Position numbers and translations under genes: made by a program. The notes beneath the pieces were generated by a model. That model ran no database searches. It was not told the DNA's origin and saw only the letters and a list, made by a program, of their open reading frames with translations. Source: Enoplolaimus lenunculus (lineage: Eukaryota). From it: DNA of 64,000 nucleotides. Shown here in pieces: positions 36,245-49,700 of this stretch; the first letter of the stretch is position 1; each line of letters starts with the position of its first letter. The stretch is from contig JASANG010001414.1 of the NCBI GenBank assembly GCA_030248215.1, forward strand, positions 620,001-684,000, in the 5' to 3' direction.

Positions 36245-36580
36245 AATCAACAACAACATAAAACGAAACAACAACAAACAACAACTGCAACAACAACAAC
36301 AACAACAACCACAGCTATAACAACAACAACAACAACAACAAACGACAACAACAACCACAGCTATAACAACAACAACAACAGCAACAGGAACAAACAACAA
36401 CAACAACAACAACAACAAACGACAACAACAACCACAGCTATAACAACAACAACAACAACAACAACAAACGACAACAACAACAACAACAATAACAACAACA
36501 ACAACAACAACAACAACAAAAAACAACAACAACAACAACAGCAACAGGAACAAACAACAACAACAACAACAACAACAACG
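36245..36580 (+). repeat. Compound (CAA)n microsatellite
   Basis: Long AAC tract with repeated interruptions (CACAGCTATA, CAGCAACAGGAACA). Confidence 0.95.
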
Positions 36581-38120
36581 TAAAGCAAATAAGCTCTAAA
36601 CAGTTGAAATGTAAAATATAGCCGATATTAAGAAAAAATCTGAACTAAAACTGCGATATATTAACGCAAGCGTCTATACAGCAATTACCATTGTCTTTGA
36701 GGAGTTGCATAACGCTTTAGAAAAATGTATAAAACATGGCCCTAACAGTAGTAAAAGCATATTTCAAAGCCTAAACGTAAGCCTGAAAATTAGCTTATAT
36801 AGCGTAAAACCTGAGCAAAAAATTAGTCTAAAGGATAAACATAGTCTATTGCAGTCATGCAGAAAAACGCTCCGTCCCTGATCTTTACATGGATCAGGCT
36901 TTGCAATACTTGCAGGGTAGGCCTTAGAACCCTGTATGCGCATCAATTGGCTGGTAAAAACATAAAGACCATCAAAATTGAAAGTTTTCCACGTGATAAT
37001 ACACAATTCAACAGGCTTATGGATCGCTTCGCTCGCGAGGTTTCGTTCATTGGGGGTTAATCCAAGGGGCCCTTAAAATAGAAATTTTGTCTTCGGATCT
37101 TCGCCCATATTCCCAATGTGTGTAGCACCGATTACCCGTTGACGATAGGTCCTGTAACTTTGGAACCAGCGCATGCTGAGGTTCAAAATTCTGCACATTT
37201 TTCACGTTTGATTTGGTCTATTTTTGTACCACATTTGAGATCTGCAATTACAGACGTTCGTTAGTTTGAATACTTATCGCTAACTGATGATAGATGCTAT
37301 ACGCATTTGAGAATATGGGCCCTGATACAGAAAAAGGTGTCTGGCTTCTTTCGTCCTCTTCGTTCGCGAGGTTTTCTTGACTGCCGTAAACGGATGTTGT
37401 AGCTTTTGGTTACCCAGAGATATGATTTTATCATACTTCTTTTTACCAGAACCATTCCAACAAAGATTCTGTACTGTAATTTATACAAAAACATATGGTT
37501 TCTGGTTCGTTTCGCTCGCAAGAATTTTCTTATCTAATGGCAACAGAGTAAATTTGATTGCGTTTTAGCCGTTTTTATGACCAAATGTCAAAAAATTTTC
37601 GGCATTTAGCTCGAAAGAATTAAAATGCATAACATGAATGATGTTAGCTTTACCTACGGCCTTCAGTAGATCCCGTGCCCGTAGCCAAGGGGGGGGGCTA
37701 GGGAGCTCAGCCCACCCTGGAAAAATTTTGCCACCCCCCTAGGAAAATTTCAACCTTGCTTATAACACATTGAAAATCCTTGATGTCCCTCATGAAAAAT
37801 TTCCAGCCCCACTAGCAAGGTTAGGTGGCTACGGGCCTGGTGGGTCTGCATCTGAACAAAAATGTGCAAATTGGCAATCCGAATATCTGCAAAATTTTTT
37901 ATGTCACCTATGCCCCCCTCATAATTATTACTTTGGGGGCCTTGCGCAATTGTTAAGATTGGCCCTGAACAGTTGTATAGTTTATGGCGCAAAATAGGAT
38001 TTTCCATGCCTGTTGCGTTTAAATTTATTGTTTCAATATAAAAATCCGGCAGTTTTTCTAACTAGGGGCTCTTGCACAATTTGCCCAGATTTCATGTCAA
38101 TTCGTAGGTTTAGACCTAAT

Positions 38121-38290
38121 GGTCAATGTGTAAAACAAAGCCATACCGTAGTATAAGCATGTTCCTAAGCCTAAATCTAAGTATAAGAATGACCTGATAC
38201 CTAAGCCTAAGCAAAAAAATGTGTAAAGCTTAAGCTTACTCTATTGTAGGCCCGCCGAAAAACGTTTCGCCTCCCATCTTTACATGGACC
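38121..38290 (+). mobile_element. TTAGGC-carrying MITE
   Basis: GGTCAATGTG...TCTTTACATGGACC, TSD gacctaat/gacctaag. Confidence 0.8.
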
Positions 38291-39535
38291 GACCTAAGCA
38301 AGACTTATACTCCGACATGGGACAGCAATAGATACATGAACGCGTTTCGAACTTATAACAATCATACAAATATTGCAACATCCAGCGCAACCTGCTTTTG
38401 CTCAAATTGTATACTTTCTGTAAATCTATAACCGGTAAAAACTTAATTTTTAATTCTTCCGCTACTGTCACTTTAAACATTGCTTATGCTCTTATTTTAA
38501 AAATATGTCGCGCTTTAGTACGTAAGATATTTTGATAAAAGATAATAGCTTCAAGAATCAACTATAAACACATTCAGCATAATACAGGTTTGATCGCAAA
38601 GCGCTAGAGTGGCGCTATACTCGCCCACGCGCCGCCGGAAGCCGGCGCGCGGTACAGCAAAAAAAGTGCCACACGGTCGTCGGACTCCGGCGCCCGGCGC
38701 TGCAAAACATTTATTAAAAATTACCGCGCGCCGGGTGCGGTGGCGTGCGGTAACTTTAATAAAATAGAGTTTACAGGTTGCCGAAAATGTTATATATTAC
38801 ATATATATAAAGTTTGCTAATTTTCGAATTTATATAACAAAATGTGACAATTTTTTGTAGCAAAACAATTTTGTTAAATTTCTACTCAAACTAGCAATTA
38901 TTACCAGTGCATATATTGAAAATACGCCGTGCCGGTCGAACCATCACCCTGCCTGCTATACCTGGTCCAAACCAGATGTCAATTTTTGAGTATTGCCAGT
39001 AAATCGTTTGCTTAATACGGATCAGTCCAGAATACGTATGGCCTATTTCGTCCCTGCACAGATCAGGAAGGCCCGCCGTGGAGTGTTGAACAGGGGACTG
39101 GCCCTAGATGTCACGGCATAATTACCATGAAAAAATACCACTATTTCTTAGCATTAAATGATACTAATTTCGATGCCCTGTTTAACAAGTATTGCGCTAA
39201 CGATCTAGACTAAACATTTTAAGCGATATTGCATAAACAATTATTTTAGCAATTATTGCAGATTGCAACAAAGCCAGACGCCACTGTTAGTTTCTAATAT
39301 AACCGTTATCGCAAAGAAAACAAAAATTTGATCTCACCGTAAATGTAATATTAAATTGTTATCAGTTTGCATAAAATGCACGTGTTTATTACACAAACTA
39401 TCCATATATGCGTTCTAGGTCACATGACGTTGACTATTGAGGCTGCTGACAGAAGAAATAGCGTCAGCTCGCCGAAATTTTAAACGACATATTTTGGACG
39501 GAGGAAGGGTCCAAATTAGCATTATGAAACTGGTT

Positions 39536-39679
39536 GGCCCATGTATAGAACAGGGCCGGAACAGTAGTATAAGCATATTCGTAAGCCTAAGCCTAAGCAA
39601 AAAAAGTTATTCTAAAGCTTTAAACTGACTCTATTATAGCCCCCAGGAAAACGATGCGGCCTTGTTCTATACATGGGCC
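39536..39679 (+). mobile_element. TTAGGC-carrying MITE (subfamily A, short)
   Basis: GGCCCATGTATAGAACAGGGCCG / CGGCCTTGTTCTATACATGGGCC, with a perfect 8-bp TSD aactggtt. Confidence 0.9.
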
Positions 39680-40538
39680 AACTGGTTTGATGTAGAAACA
39701 TTGCACCTTCGCAAGCCATTTTCACGTTTTAGCATTAATATTTTTATATTTTTAACAGCAAATTTAAAAACCGTTAACATTTTATCATCATACACAAAAA
39801 ACTTTAAAAATTTATGCTTTTTTTGCAAAAAAACAATCGCAAGACCACGTGACTATTAACTATGCTACCAATACAGGCAACGCAGGTTATTAACCTTTCT
39901 GAGGTATACAGAAAAACATGTCGTTATAAAAAATACAATCACTTCAGTAGAACATAAAAATACCCCCATTTTTCTACCGGTACAATACTTTAGAGTGCAA
40001 ATTTATTGCTTGCAACCTGCGCAAAGTGTTCCTGTATACAATATTATTAATAAAAATTGCAAAAAAATATTCTACAGGAAGAATCTTTCTATTTAGCAAC
40101 TGCAATTCGTGACAAATATTGCTTTAAGTTGCACATTGCACTTGCAAAACGTTCTGCGGTGTATAAACTGCAAGAGATAGTAACTGAAATAAAGACTTGA
40201 AACTGCAGTAAGAAAGAATATATTCAAACACATTTAAACAGACTTGTAAACGGTTGAGGGTTGTGAGGTAAAAAGGACGAGGGGGGCAGGGTTTAAATAT
40301 AGCATAACTTAAAACGTTTCGCTGTGTAATTTTGCGTCAAACTCCGTTAACACAGCTCGCAATCGCAGCTTGCAAATAATAAGCAGTTGCTCGCACATAT
40401 TAAACGCGAAACATTAATAAATAAAAGTGTATAAAAAAATATATATACCAGTAACATTTATAGACAACATAAACAACAAAAATGACAATACGCAGACACA
40501 TATTTCGGACAATGGAACGAGGGGTTACGTGTTAGAGT

Positions 40539-40900
40539 CAAGGGCGGATCCAGGGAGGATCGGTAGGATGCGTACCAACCCCCACCGGCTGCCGAGTGTA
40601 CATTTTTCTGGGTTAACAGCAACGTAAGCTGTGAAGGCACTTAAGGTGATTTTTGAAAATACGGAAAAAACATAAAACCTCGACGTCCTAGTGACAACCA
40701 AGATATCATATGCTACAAATTTTTGCAATATCCGCTTTAAGAGTGCACCTTATCTTCTTTGAGGTTCTTATTGTTAGCGGTACATACATACACATGCATA
40801 CATATAAGTACACATACATACATATATTATATATGCCAATACTTAACGTTTTCCACTTGTACATCCCACCTCTCACTAGCAATTTCTGGATCGGCCACTG
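40539..40900. mobile_element. hAT-like MITE (CAGTGGCGGATCC family)
   Basis: CAAGGGCGGATCC...GGATCGGCCACTG, with a perfect 8-bp TSD gttagagt. Confidence 0.8.
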
Positions 40901-41696
40901 GTTAGAGTGGCACCTTTAAAGTTTAGTTCAGACAAATCAAAACAGTAAACGCTAGGCATGCGAAGCCTATCTTTGATGAACCTTCAGTTTTAACTACACT
41001 GGGCAATATCATCCATACGACCCGGTAAAAATTGCTGGTTCGATGTTTTTTCGTTTTTTAGGTTCACTATAATCAGATAAATTTTTGGTCAATGTACAGA
41101 ACAGGGTCGTAACACTAGTATATATAAGCATATTCCTAAGCGTACGTCTAAGACTGAGCCTAAAAGCGTAAATGTAAGCGTATACCTAAGCCTAAGGCTT
41201 AAGGCTAAGAGAAAAATAGCTGTAACCATAAACTTATATATTTTATTGCAGTCCGCTGATGTTAACATGGGCCAAAACTTTTAAATCGTGTAGGATAGCA
41301 ACAAAAACTGTCTAAACTTTTTGGGCAGTATTGTATCAGTCAGGGTAGCAGGGGGTTAAACTTTTTATCATTTTTTAAACAAAAAAATTTCTCAACAAAA
41401 TGATAAATTTCAGGAAATACTGTAAACTTTGTCAGTTACGTTTGTCAGAACTGCACTTGGTTTCTCGCTCGCTTCTCTATCTAACTTTTAGTCAACAAGG
41501 TATACACCGCGCCGTATCGGATGTGTCCGGAACCCGTTTGCTGAATCAGGTGTTGCACCCCTATAACTGGTCGGGCCAAATGACTCAAGAAATATTAGTC
41601 GTTCAAAAGTTTGCATAAAAATTTCAAAATCTACCATATGATGTAAGCCGTCAAATGGTGACGACACTCAACCTTGGCCCGAGGTATACAAATGTC

Positions 41697-41904
41697 GGCC
41701 CATGTATAGAACAGGGCCGGACCAGTAGTATAAGCATATTTTGAAGCCTAAGCCTGAGCCTAAGCCTAAGCGTATGAATGAGCCTATTCCTAAGCCTAAA
41801 CCTTAGCCTAAGCGTATAGCCTAAGCAAAAAAATTAGTCTAAAGCTGAAACTGACTATTATAGCAGCTCCGAAAAACGATCCGGTCCTGTTCTATACATG
41901 GGCC
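41697..41904 (+). mobile_element. TTAGGC-carrying MITE (subfamily A)
   Basis: 25-bp TIR GGCCCATGTATAGAACAGGGCCGGA / TCCGGTCCTGTTCTATACATGGGCC, TSD caaatgtc/caaaagtc. Confidence 0.9.
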
Positions 41905-43769
41905 CAAAAGTCTTACCCAAGACCTTGCGTAATCCCGACATTACCCAAGACCTTGCGTAATCCCGGCATTACACAGGAAAAAGGATAGTTTACAAGAGCC
42001 CACAGCTGCTTCGAACTTATAAATTTGAAGCATTCAGCGATTTTATGCATTGGAAATTTACACCATTTGCGTTGTTTCAAAATCGACACCGCGTTTCGAA
42101 CTTTTAATCAATTCTTTCCAATATAATTATTAATTTACACCCAAACTTCTGGATGATATATAATTGTGCGCTAGGGCGCGCTTTATGCATAATACTTTAA
42201 ACATTTTAAAGTTAAAACTTTACCAGCAATTATGTCTTGAGTGGCACGGAAACACGCCCCTAGCCACAGAAGAAACAGGGCGCAGAGCCCTGCTGGAAAA
42301 ATTTTGGCTATATTTTTCGACATTTGACACTTTGGCCCATGTACACATCAAGGGTGGAACGCTTTTCTGTGGGACTTGTATAGAATATGGTTAAACTTTT
42401 GAACAATTTTTTGCTTGGCTTAGGGTTAGGCTTAGGCTTAGGCTTAGGAATAAGCTTATCTGTTCTTTACATTAGCGGACACGTTTGTGCTGGTTACGGA
42501 GCTTATTGTTGCTTGTGTCATGTGTTGTTAAATCTTCATTCATACTTAGCGAAATAGTAATGTGTTTCTCTGTAGTATTATTTTGGCACCACATTTAGCA
42601 TCCATTAACGGCATTGCATTTTTGAGGGATGGGTACATATTTTCCAATTTTTTTTTGGTTTTTTTTCCGAAAAACAACGATTTTTCAGTTGATTCAATTT
42701 TTTTCGAATAAAACCAACACTCATAATACGATACTCATGTTATAATTTAAAATGGATGTCATTTTTTACAATTAAATGTAACCAAACAGTCTTTATATTT
42801 TTTCATTTTCCCATTTTCTAAAAAAACAACTATTTTAATACAACGCCGCCCTTTGCGAAAGAAACTGTTTTCGGACCGTTGAGAAAAGTTAGACAAAAAC
42901 GTATAGAAGAATTACGAAAAAGTGAAAAAAGGTAATAAAAACGCATCCAGCAACAGCTGTAAAAGTGGCCCGACCCAGCGAAATTTTTACGCCAAAATCT
43001 TAAAAGTGTCACATTCATATAATAAACTGAACATGACTGTTTTTAAGTAAATTTCACAGGCGTTAAATTAGGTTTATTTGTGTTTCAAAATTTTACACAA
43101 ACATTTGTTTAGATTTTGAGACACAAATTTTGCACTGTTGTTTTTAATATTTTTTGTTCCATTTTTAATGCATTGTTCGTATTTTGTATGCAGATTTGTG
43201 CAAAGATGATTAAAGCCTAAGTTTACTCTACTGCAGTCCCACAGAAAAACGTTCCGCCCCTGATCTTTACATGGGCCTAAGCTTAAGCTTAAGCCTAAGC
43301 TTTACTCTCTACTTTGATCAGTATGAACTATAAGCATATTGACTTTATTTTTTTATCCTGAAATCCGTTGCGGATCCCGAATTATTAGACGCTCGTTTTT
43401 TGCAAATTTTTCAATATTTCAAGATTGACCAATTGAATCGAACGTACAGAATTTTCTTCATTTGGGCTGTAACCTTGCCAACCTGTAAAACACATTTTAA
43501 GACAAAATGAACCGCTTGCATGGCAAAATTATCAGAACTGCAGGAGCAGGACAGGATATGCCTAACTCTATCTGGTTCCACCACTGCCTAAAATGAAACT
43601 GATAAGTTGACGTATCAACGTTTTTATTTACAGCAAACATACCTCGTAAACAATGGTCATAGTGGGTATGCGAACCGAATATTTCAAAAAAACGAAATGT
43701 CAAACTTCCACCTTGAATGGATCTGATCAGGTTTCGAATTCAGATCCGGCACACCCGGATGTAGCTTGG

Positions 43770-46700
43770 ATGTCGGATGCAGATGACACGCGCATTCGTG
43801 CAACTGCATTTCTTGCAGTTGTTACTTCGACGGTCGCAGTAGTTTGTTCAATCGTTACGTTGCCGTTGCTGTACAATTACATGCAGCATTTGCAAATTCA
43901 TTTAAGCAGCGAAACGGCTTATTGCAATGTAAGCAAACAAAATTACGCACTTACAGTTGATGACGACTTTTTAGACAAGGATTTCTCACCAAGTGGTGAT
44001 AAGTGCTGCACACATTTGAGACTACGAGCATTAGTTTAAGCGTTTGTTGCACCATAAGCCTGGTCTGATGATTAAGCTGCATGCTGGCAATTTTTAACAG
44101 CAACTTCAAGTTGTTTTTCTTCTGAAAATATTTATTTTTAAGCTTATATTATAAACCCCAACAACTGTACTTACAGAAGTTAGTTCCAGTTGTTAGTGTC
44201 GAGTAAAGGGAAGTTCCACGATAAAATGTCCATTTCGGGCGCGCCCAGAATATCTCGTAAAAATAGGAGCTGTAGAATACCACAAAACCGTAAACGGCTA
44301 ATGTCGTAAAAATACCTCAAACGTTTCGGCCGCTTTAATTCAACTTGCAAGAATTATGCCGCATTTCCAAAAAGTATCCATTCATAACTCTTGTCACCAT
44401 TTTTTAACGTTATTCGTTTTCCAGCAATCTCAATCAATTACATTTCTACATACCCGTAGCCCGCTTACCTTGCTAGGGGGCTAAAAAAATTTCAGGAGGC
44501 GCATTCAAGTGTTTTCAATGAGTTACAAGCAAGGTTGAAAACTTTCTTTGGGGAGGCCCAAAAATTTCCAGGGGGGGGCTGAGCTTCGCCTGGCGCTGGC
44601 CCACCTTAGCTACGGGCCCGCATTTCTAACACAATGGTCACAATCGCTAGTCAATCGCAATTCATATGAAATCTTCAAAAATATAAAATATTATTTAACT
44701 GGTGAATCATCAAAGTTCGAACTGAGCGCAAGCTATAATATTTTGTTAAACTTCTAGAAACGAAGCCGTACTTTAGAATCCGAGATTGAAAACCGTCGAA
44801 ACAGTATTTACCAAATTGGCTCCAATGGTGATGAAAAATCGCGGAAGGAACGCCAAGCAAACGCGTGGATGTTTGGCCAAAATTACAATTTTCAAGGTAT
44901 AATGCCAACAGTACGACGTATCTGTGGCGGAGCGAATCTGCGCAAGTTATTGTGGCTTAGGCTCATGTTAAATATACGAGCCTGAACTCTAAGCGTAACT
45001 CTAAACGCATGCCTAAACCTAAGCCCAAGCCTAATCGCAAGCCTGAGCATAAGCCTAAACATAAGCCTGATCCTAAGCCTAAACCCTAATCCTAAGCTCC
45101 CAATCCACAGGTCCCACAGTTTTCCCATCTGTCAATGAGCAAGTCCTTAAATTAAAATGACCCGTCAATGCTACAAAGCCAAGCGAATACTTGCACTTTT
45201 GGGCAAAAATAGATTAGAACAGTAGGCTCAGACGATCGGTTCATGTAAAAATCAGGGGCGGAACGTTTTTCTGTGGAACTAGAATAGAATAACCTTTAAC
45301 CTTTAGACTAATTTTTTTCTTGGCTTAGGCTTAGGCTTAGGCTTAGGAATTAACTTATTCTTACTCTTATACTTAGGCTTAGGCTTAGGCTTAGGAATAT
45401 GTTTATAATACTGTACTGCTCCTGTTCTTTTACATTGGCCAGACGATCCAACAACTAAAACCTTATAAGCATAAAATTTACATTTTCAGTTATTTTTAGT
45501 TGTTCTTCCCGTTAGGTGAAGCTCATTGGTCGCTTTTCTGCTGGTAGGCGTTCAAATGTTTTCGTTTCAGCCATATATACATAGAGATGCCCCGGGGCCT
45601 GGCCCCGACGCCAGTGCCATAGCGTGGAACTGTATATGGAATGTATTCAACTACGCTGCAGCGTTGCGCAATGTTAAATTGTTAACTAAACTCATTTACG
45701 CAAATTTATTAACCCCTTCTCACATTTAGTTACCTGTAGGCAACTCAGCGCAGTGTATATACGTTAAATAGTATATATCGCACCGTGTTTAACAATTGCA
45801 ACACGTATACATAGTACTAACTCACCACAAGACGTGAGAGCCCCCTCGGGCTCGAGCGTCAAGCTCCTATAGCGGAGTGGTGATGGTATACGCCTCCCAC
45901 TCCACTCACTGGAGTTCGAATCCTAGCATAAAAGTAGGTCTCAGAGGAAATAGAAAATATTCATGTGAGAAAGGGTTAAATGTTCTCAATTACAACTTTT
46001 ACGAAATATGAAACGGGCTTTACAAAGTCTTAAATATTTTTGTATTAGTTTAATCTTAAAATGGTATTTGTTTCAGGAAGCCAGACTGATCCAATGCCAC
46101 CATCCGCTATTCCAAATCAAGCGATATCGTTTCCGTCAGGAACTTGTAAGTATAAGAATTGAAGATGTAACAAACATTGAATTTATAATTAACGTTATAG
46201 TCCAAATCTTAGAAATAATCCGGCTAAGGAGTTGCTATTCGAACAAAATGTACAGCTTGAACCTGGTTTCGCAACCATGGGCAGAACCCAAATGCAGACG
46301 GAGACACCCCCCAGTCTGACACATTTTTACTTGTCTGCGGAGAAAATTGTGTTTGGCTTGTCGCTCGCAGTAAGGAACATAATTTTTAAACACTTTTACA
46401 TGTTTAATTCCAAATCATCCCACAATTCACAATTCTTACACCTAGGTTTTTAGTGAATCTTATTATATTTTTTAAAAATTTAGGCTGCACATGCCAACAA
46501 GGTTCGTCTGGCCCTCCGGGTGAACCCGGTCCCGATGGCCAGAACGGAGAGCCTGGGACTGGAGGCAATCCAGGCATTGGTGGCGTTGACGGCCGTGTCA
46601 CGAAACCAGACGCTGCACCAGAACCGTGTATGAAATGCCCGTCAGGACCGCCTGGGCCAACTGGGCCTGCTGGGTAAGAAAGCAAGAATTCGTTTTTGAT

Positions 46701-49700
46701 CCCTGCGAATGGGGGCCCCGTAGTCCATATGGAACGTTCGAAAGGCTGATATATGTGCACATTTTAGAAATTAGCTAGCTATGCTGGTTGAACCAAGAGT
46801 GGATGGATAATGATTGAACCAAGCGTCGATGACGACATTAATGACGTCATTATGCAACTTACAGATTTGACCTTGTTTCACTATGTACCAGCGCGCGTTG
46901 CGTTTTTATCCAAAATCTTTAGCATCAATGGTGTTGAGAAACATTTGAAACACACAGTAAATATAGGCATTAAGAATATAAAATGTGATCTACTGAAGTT
47001 GACTATTTTTGCAGCAGCTCAAATTGGATATATTTTTGCAATTTACCGCCTGGAAACCGAATTGATCGGGCTTACGCACGTTTACGTACATTGTTTTCTG
47101 AATTGTTTGGGGTCGTACCCAGTTGCATACTCTTGTTAGAACGGTAATGCAAATTAAGTTAAACCCATTGCTCTTAAAATAAGAGTCTATCGTATTACTA
47201 CTGGAAAAGCCTTGACCTAAGAAAGTATTCTCAAATGTGTATAGCACTTGTCACTAGTTGATAAATAGGCCTTGTAACTTTCGATTAAGACAACTGCATT
47301 TTTGAAAATCAGCAACTGCAGCGCAGATGTTGTTCAGTTTGAAAACCAATCGCTAAACTGTGTAGTTAACGTACTTAGTCTTCAAAATATAATAGAATAT
47401 CGAGTAAGTTTAGACTTAGGCGTAGGAATCACACGCTTACGCAGCGATAAAAATATTAATAAAGTGCTGTATTAGATGGGATTTTTGTGAATGGTTTCAC
47501 ACATTTCTGTCTCCCATCGTTTCAGACTCAAAGGGCCAACAGGCGAAAAAGGTGACACTGGGCCAAGTGGTGTGCCGGGCAGGCAAGGACCCATAGGACC
47601 GCCGGGACGAAAAGGAAGTGAAGGCCAAAATGGCGAAATAGGTGTCAAAGGACCTCCTGGTATATTTACATCTTTTTATTTGAAGTGTATTTCCTTTACA
47701 TTGAGCTTGTTTTTGTCAAAGAATCATTACCAACTGGTTAAAAATCCTATGTACTCAATCGTAGGTGTTATTTGCTTATTCCTGTTTTCTAAATATGGCG
47801 ATCGAAAATTATGTGAGTTGCGATAACCATTAAATTTCTAAACATTAATTTTACGTGCATATGAAATAGACCCAAGTTTCGGTGTAAAATACCAGTCGTA
47901 GTGGGACTACATTTATAGAACGAAGCTCGAACACACTTAAGCAATTAAGGTAATATGCAAATTAGTTATTAGCTAACTATTCATTTATCGGTTTTGGAGG
48001 TTTGTAAGCAATTTCCTCAGATTCCTCGCACCTAAAAACCCTTCAGCCACCCTATAATTTTTGGAATAATTTAAAAAGTCCTAATTTTGTCTTGTCAATT
48101 AAGCTAATATGCAAATTAACTATTAGCTAACTATTCAATTATCGGTGTTGGAGGTTTGTAAACAATTTATTCAGATTCTTCGCGCCCAAAAACCTACAGT
48201 AAGCCCTTATAATTATTGAAATAATTTAAAAAGTCCTAGTTTTGCCTTGCCAATTAAGCTAATATGCAAATTAGCTATTAGCTAACTATTCAATTATCGG
48301 TTTTGGATGTTTGTAAACTATTTAATCAATTTCCATGCACCTAAATACCCTTTAGTGCTGAAATTATATTGCTTTTAACCTTAATAATTAGTGAAATATT
48401 GTAAAAAGTCCTAATTTAGGCTTATAACCTATACTAATATGCAAATTATCTATTAGCTAACTGCTCAATCATCGGGTTTGGAGGTTTGTAAACAGTCTAC
48501 ATAGATTCTTCGCAGCCAAAAACCCTTTAATGCTAAAATTAGATTGCTTCTAACTGTAATAATTAGTGAAATATTATGGAAAGTCCTAATTTAGGCTTAT
48601 TTAATTATGCAAATTAGCCTGTAGCTACTAAACGGCTTGCAATTTTAAAACCCCAATGCGAGGTTAACACCCCAGGATAATTGGCTTTCAAACAAAAAAA
48701 AGTTCATCAAAATCGGTTCAGCCGTTCCTGAGATTCTTTTCGGACGGACAGACGGACAGACGGACGGACGGACATCCACCTTTCGACCCCCAAGTACAAA
48801 ACATAAAACGCTTCGCGAAACTCCGAGCTTCGCTCGGAGTTTCGCTTCGCTCAATTAATTTGTTTCAGGGCCACCTGGTGAACTGATCATCAATGACGAT
48901 GCGCCGCCAGGCAAACCAGGACCGCGAGGTCCTTCAGGAATTGTTGGTCAACCTGGACCGCCTGGCAACGATGGCCTTATGGGTGGTTTTGGTTCTATGG
49001 GTTCATTTGGTACCAAAGGTAAGTGGGTTTAAAAATATTTCTTTGTTTTTGTTGATGTTAAATATGGACTTATCATTTTTTGAATATCTGGAAGTTTTGC
49101 CTAACGTATACGGATACGCTAATTATTTGATTCACAAATACATTCGAATGTTGACATAAACGAACATTTCAGACTGGATAATCATGCTTTTAATAAGAGC
49201 ACCCCCTTGTTTAGAGGCTGGGTCTCTGCCACATACAATGAACAAAAATTAAATTATTATCGGAGTAATTTTCGTTGCCGGATACATAAGGTGCCATGGA
49301 TCACATAGGTTATACCCCCTCTAAATAAAGGGGGGGCATGGCAAAAACGCAACGAGTGCCGGGCACGTTCTTTTCTACACACAATGTACCCAGTTGCATA
49401 ATCTTGTTGAGCATTATCCACTGTTGATAAGTGCAAGAGTGAATGATGTCCACCTTGCAGAAGAGTGTGCAACTGCTTGGGTTGTGCATGGTACTAAATG
49501 TACCAGCACGCGTTGCATTTTTGTTCGACCGCCCCCCAATTAGGGGGGAGGTTTAAGCAAGAGATTAACAATAAAGTATGCTTCAGTACACCTACCCCCC
49601 TTAAACAAGGGGGGGTTACAATTTGCTGCTAGCATTACTACGATATAAAACTGCATACAGACACCTAAACAAGGAGGGGGGTAGGCCAAAAACGCAACGC

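Noticed and set aside
36074..36588. Poly-Q/T/N and poly-V/C/L ORFs
   Set aside because: Artefacts of the (CAA)n microsatellite, which is open in several frames on both strands.
41912..41972. TTACCCAAG resembling the SL1 spliced-leader sequence
   Set aside because: Only 9 nt match. It is part of a 29-bp local duplication with no SL RNA donor or Sm site.
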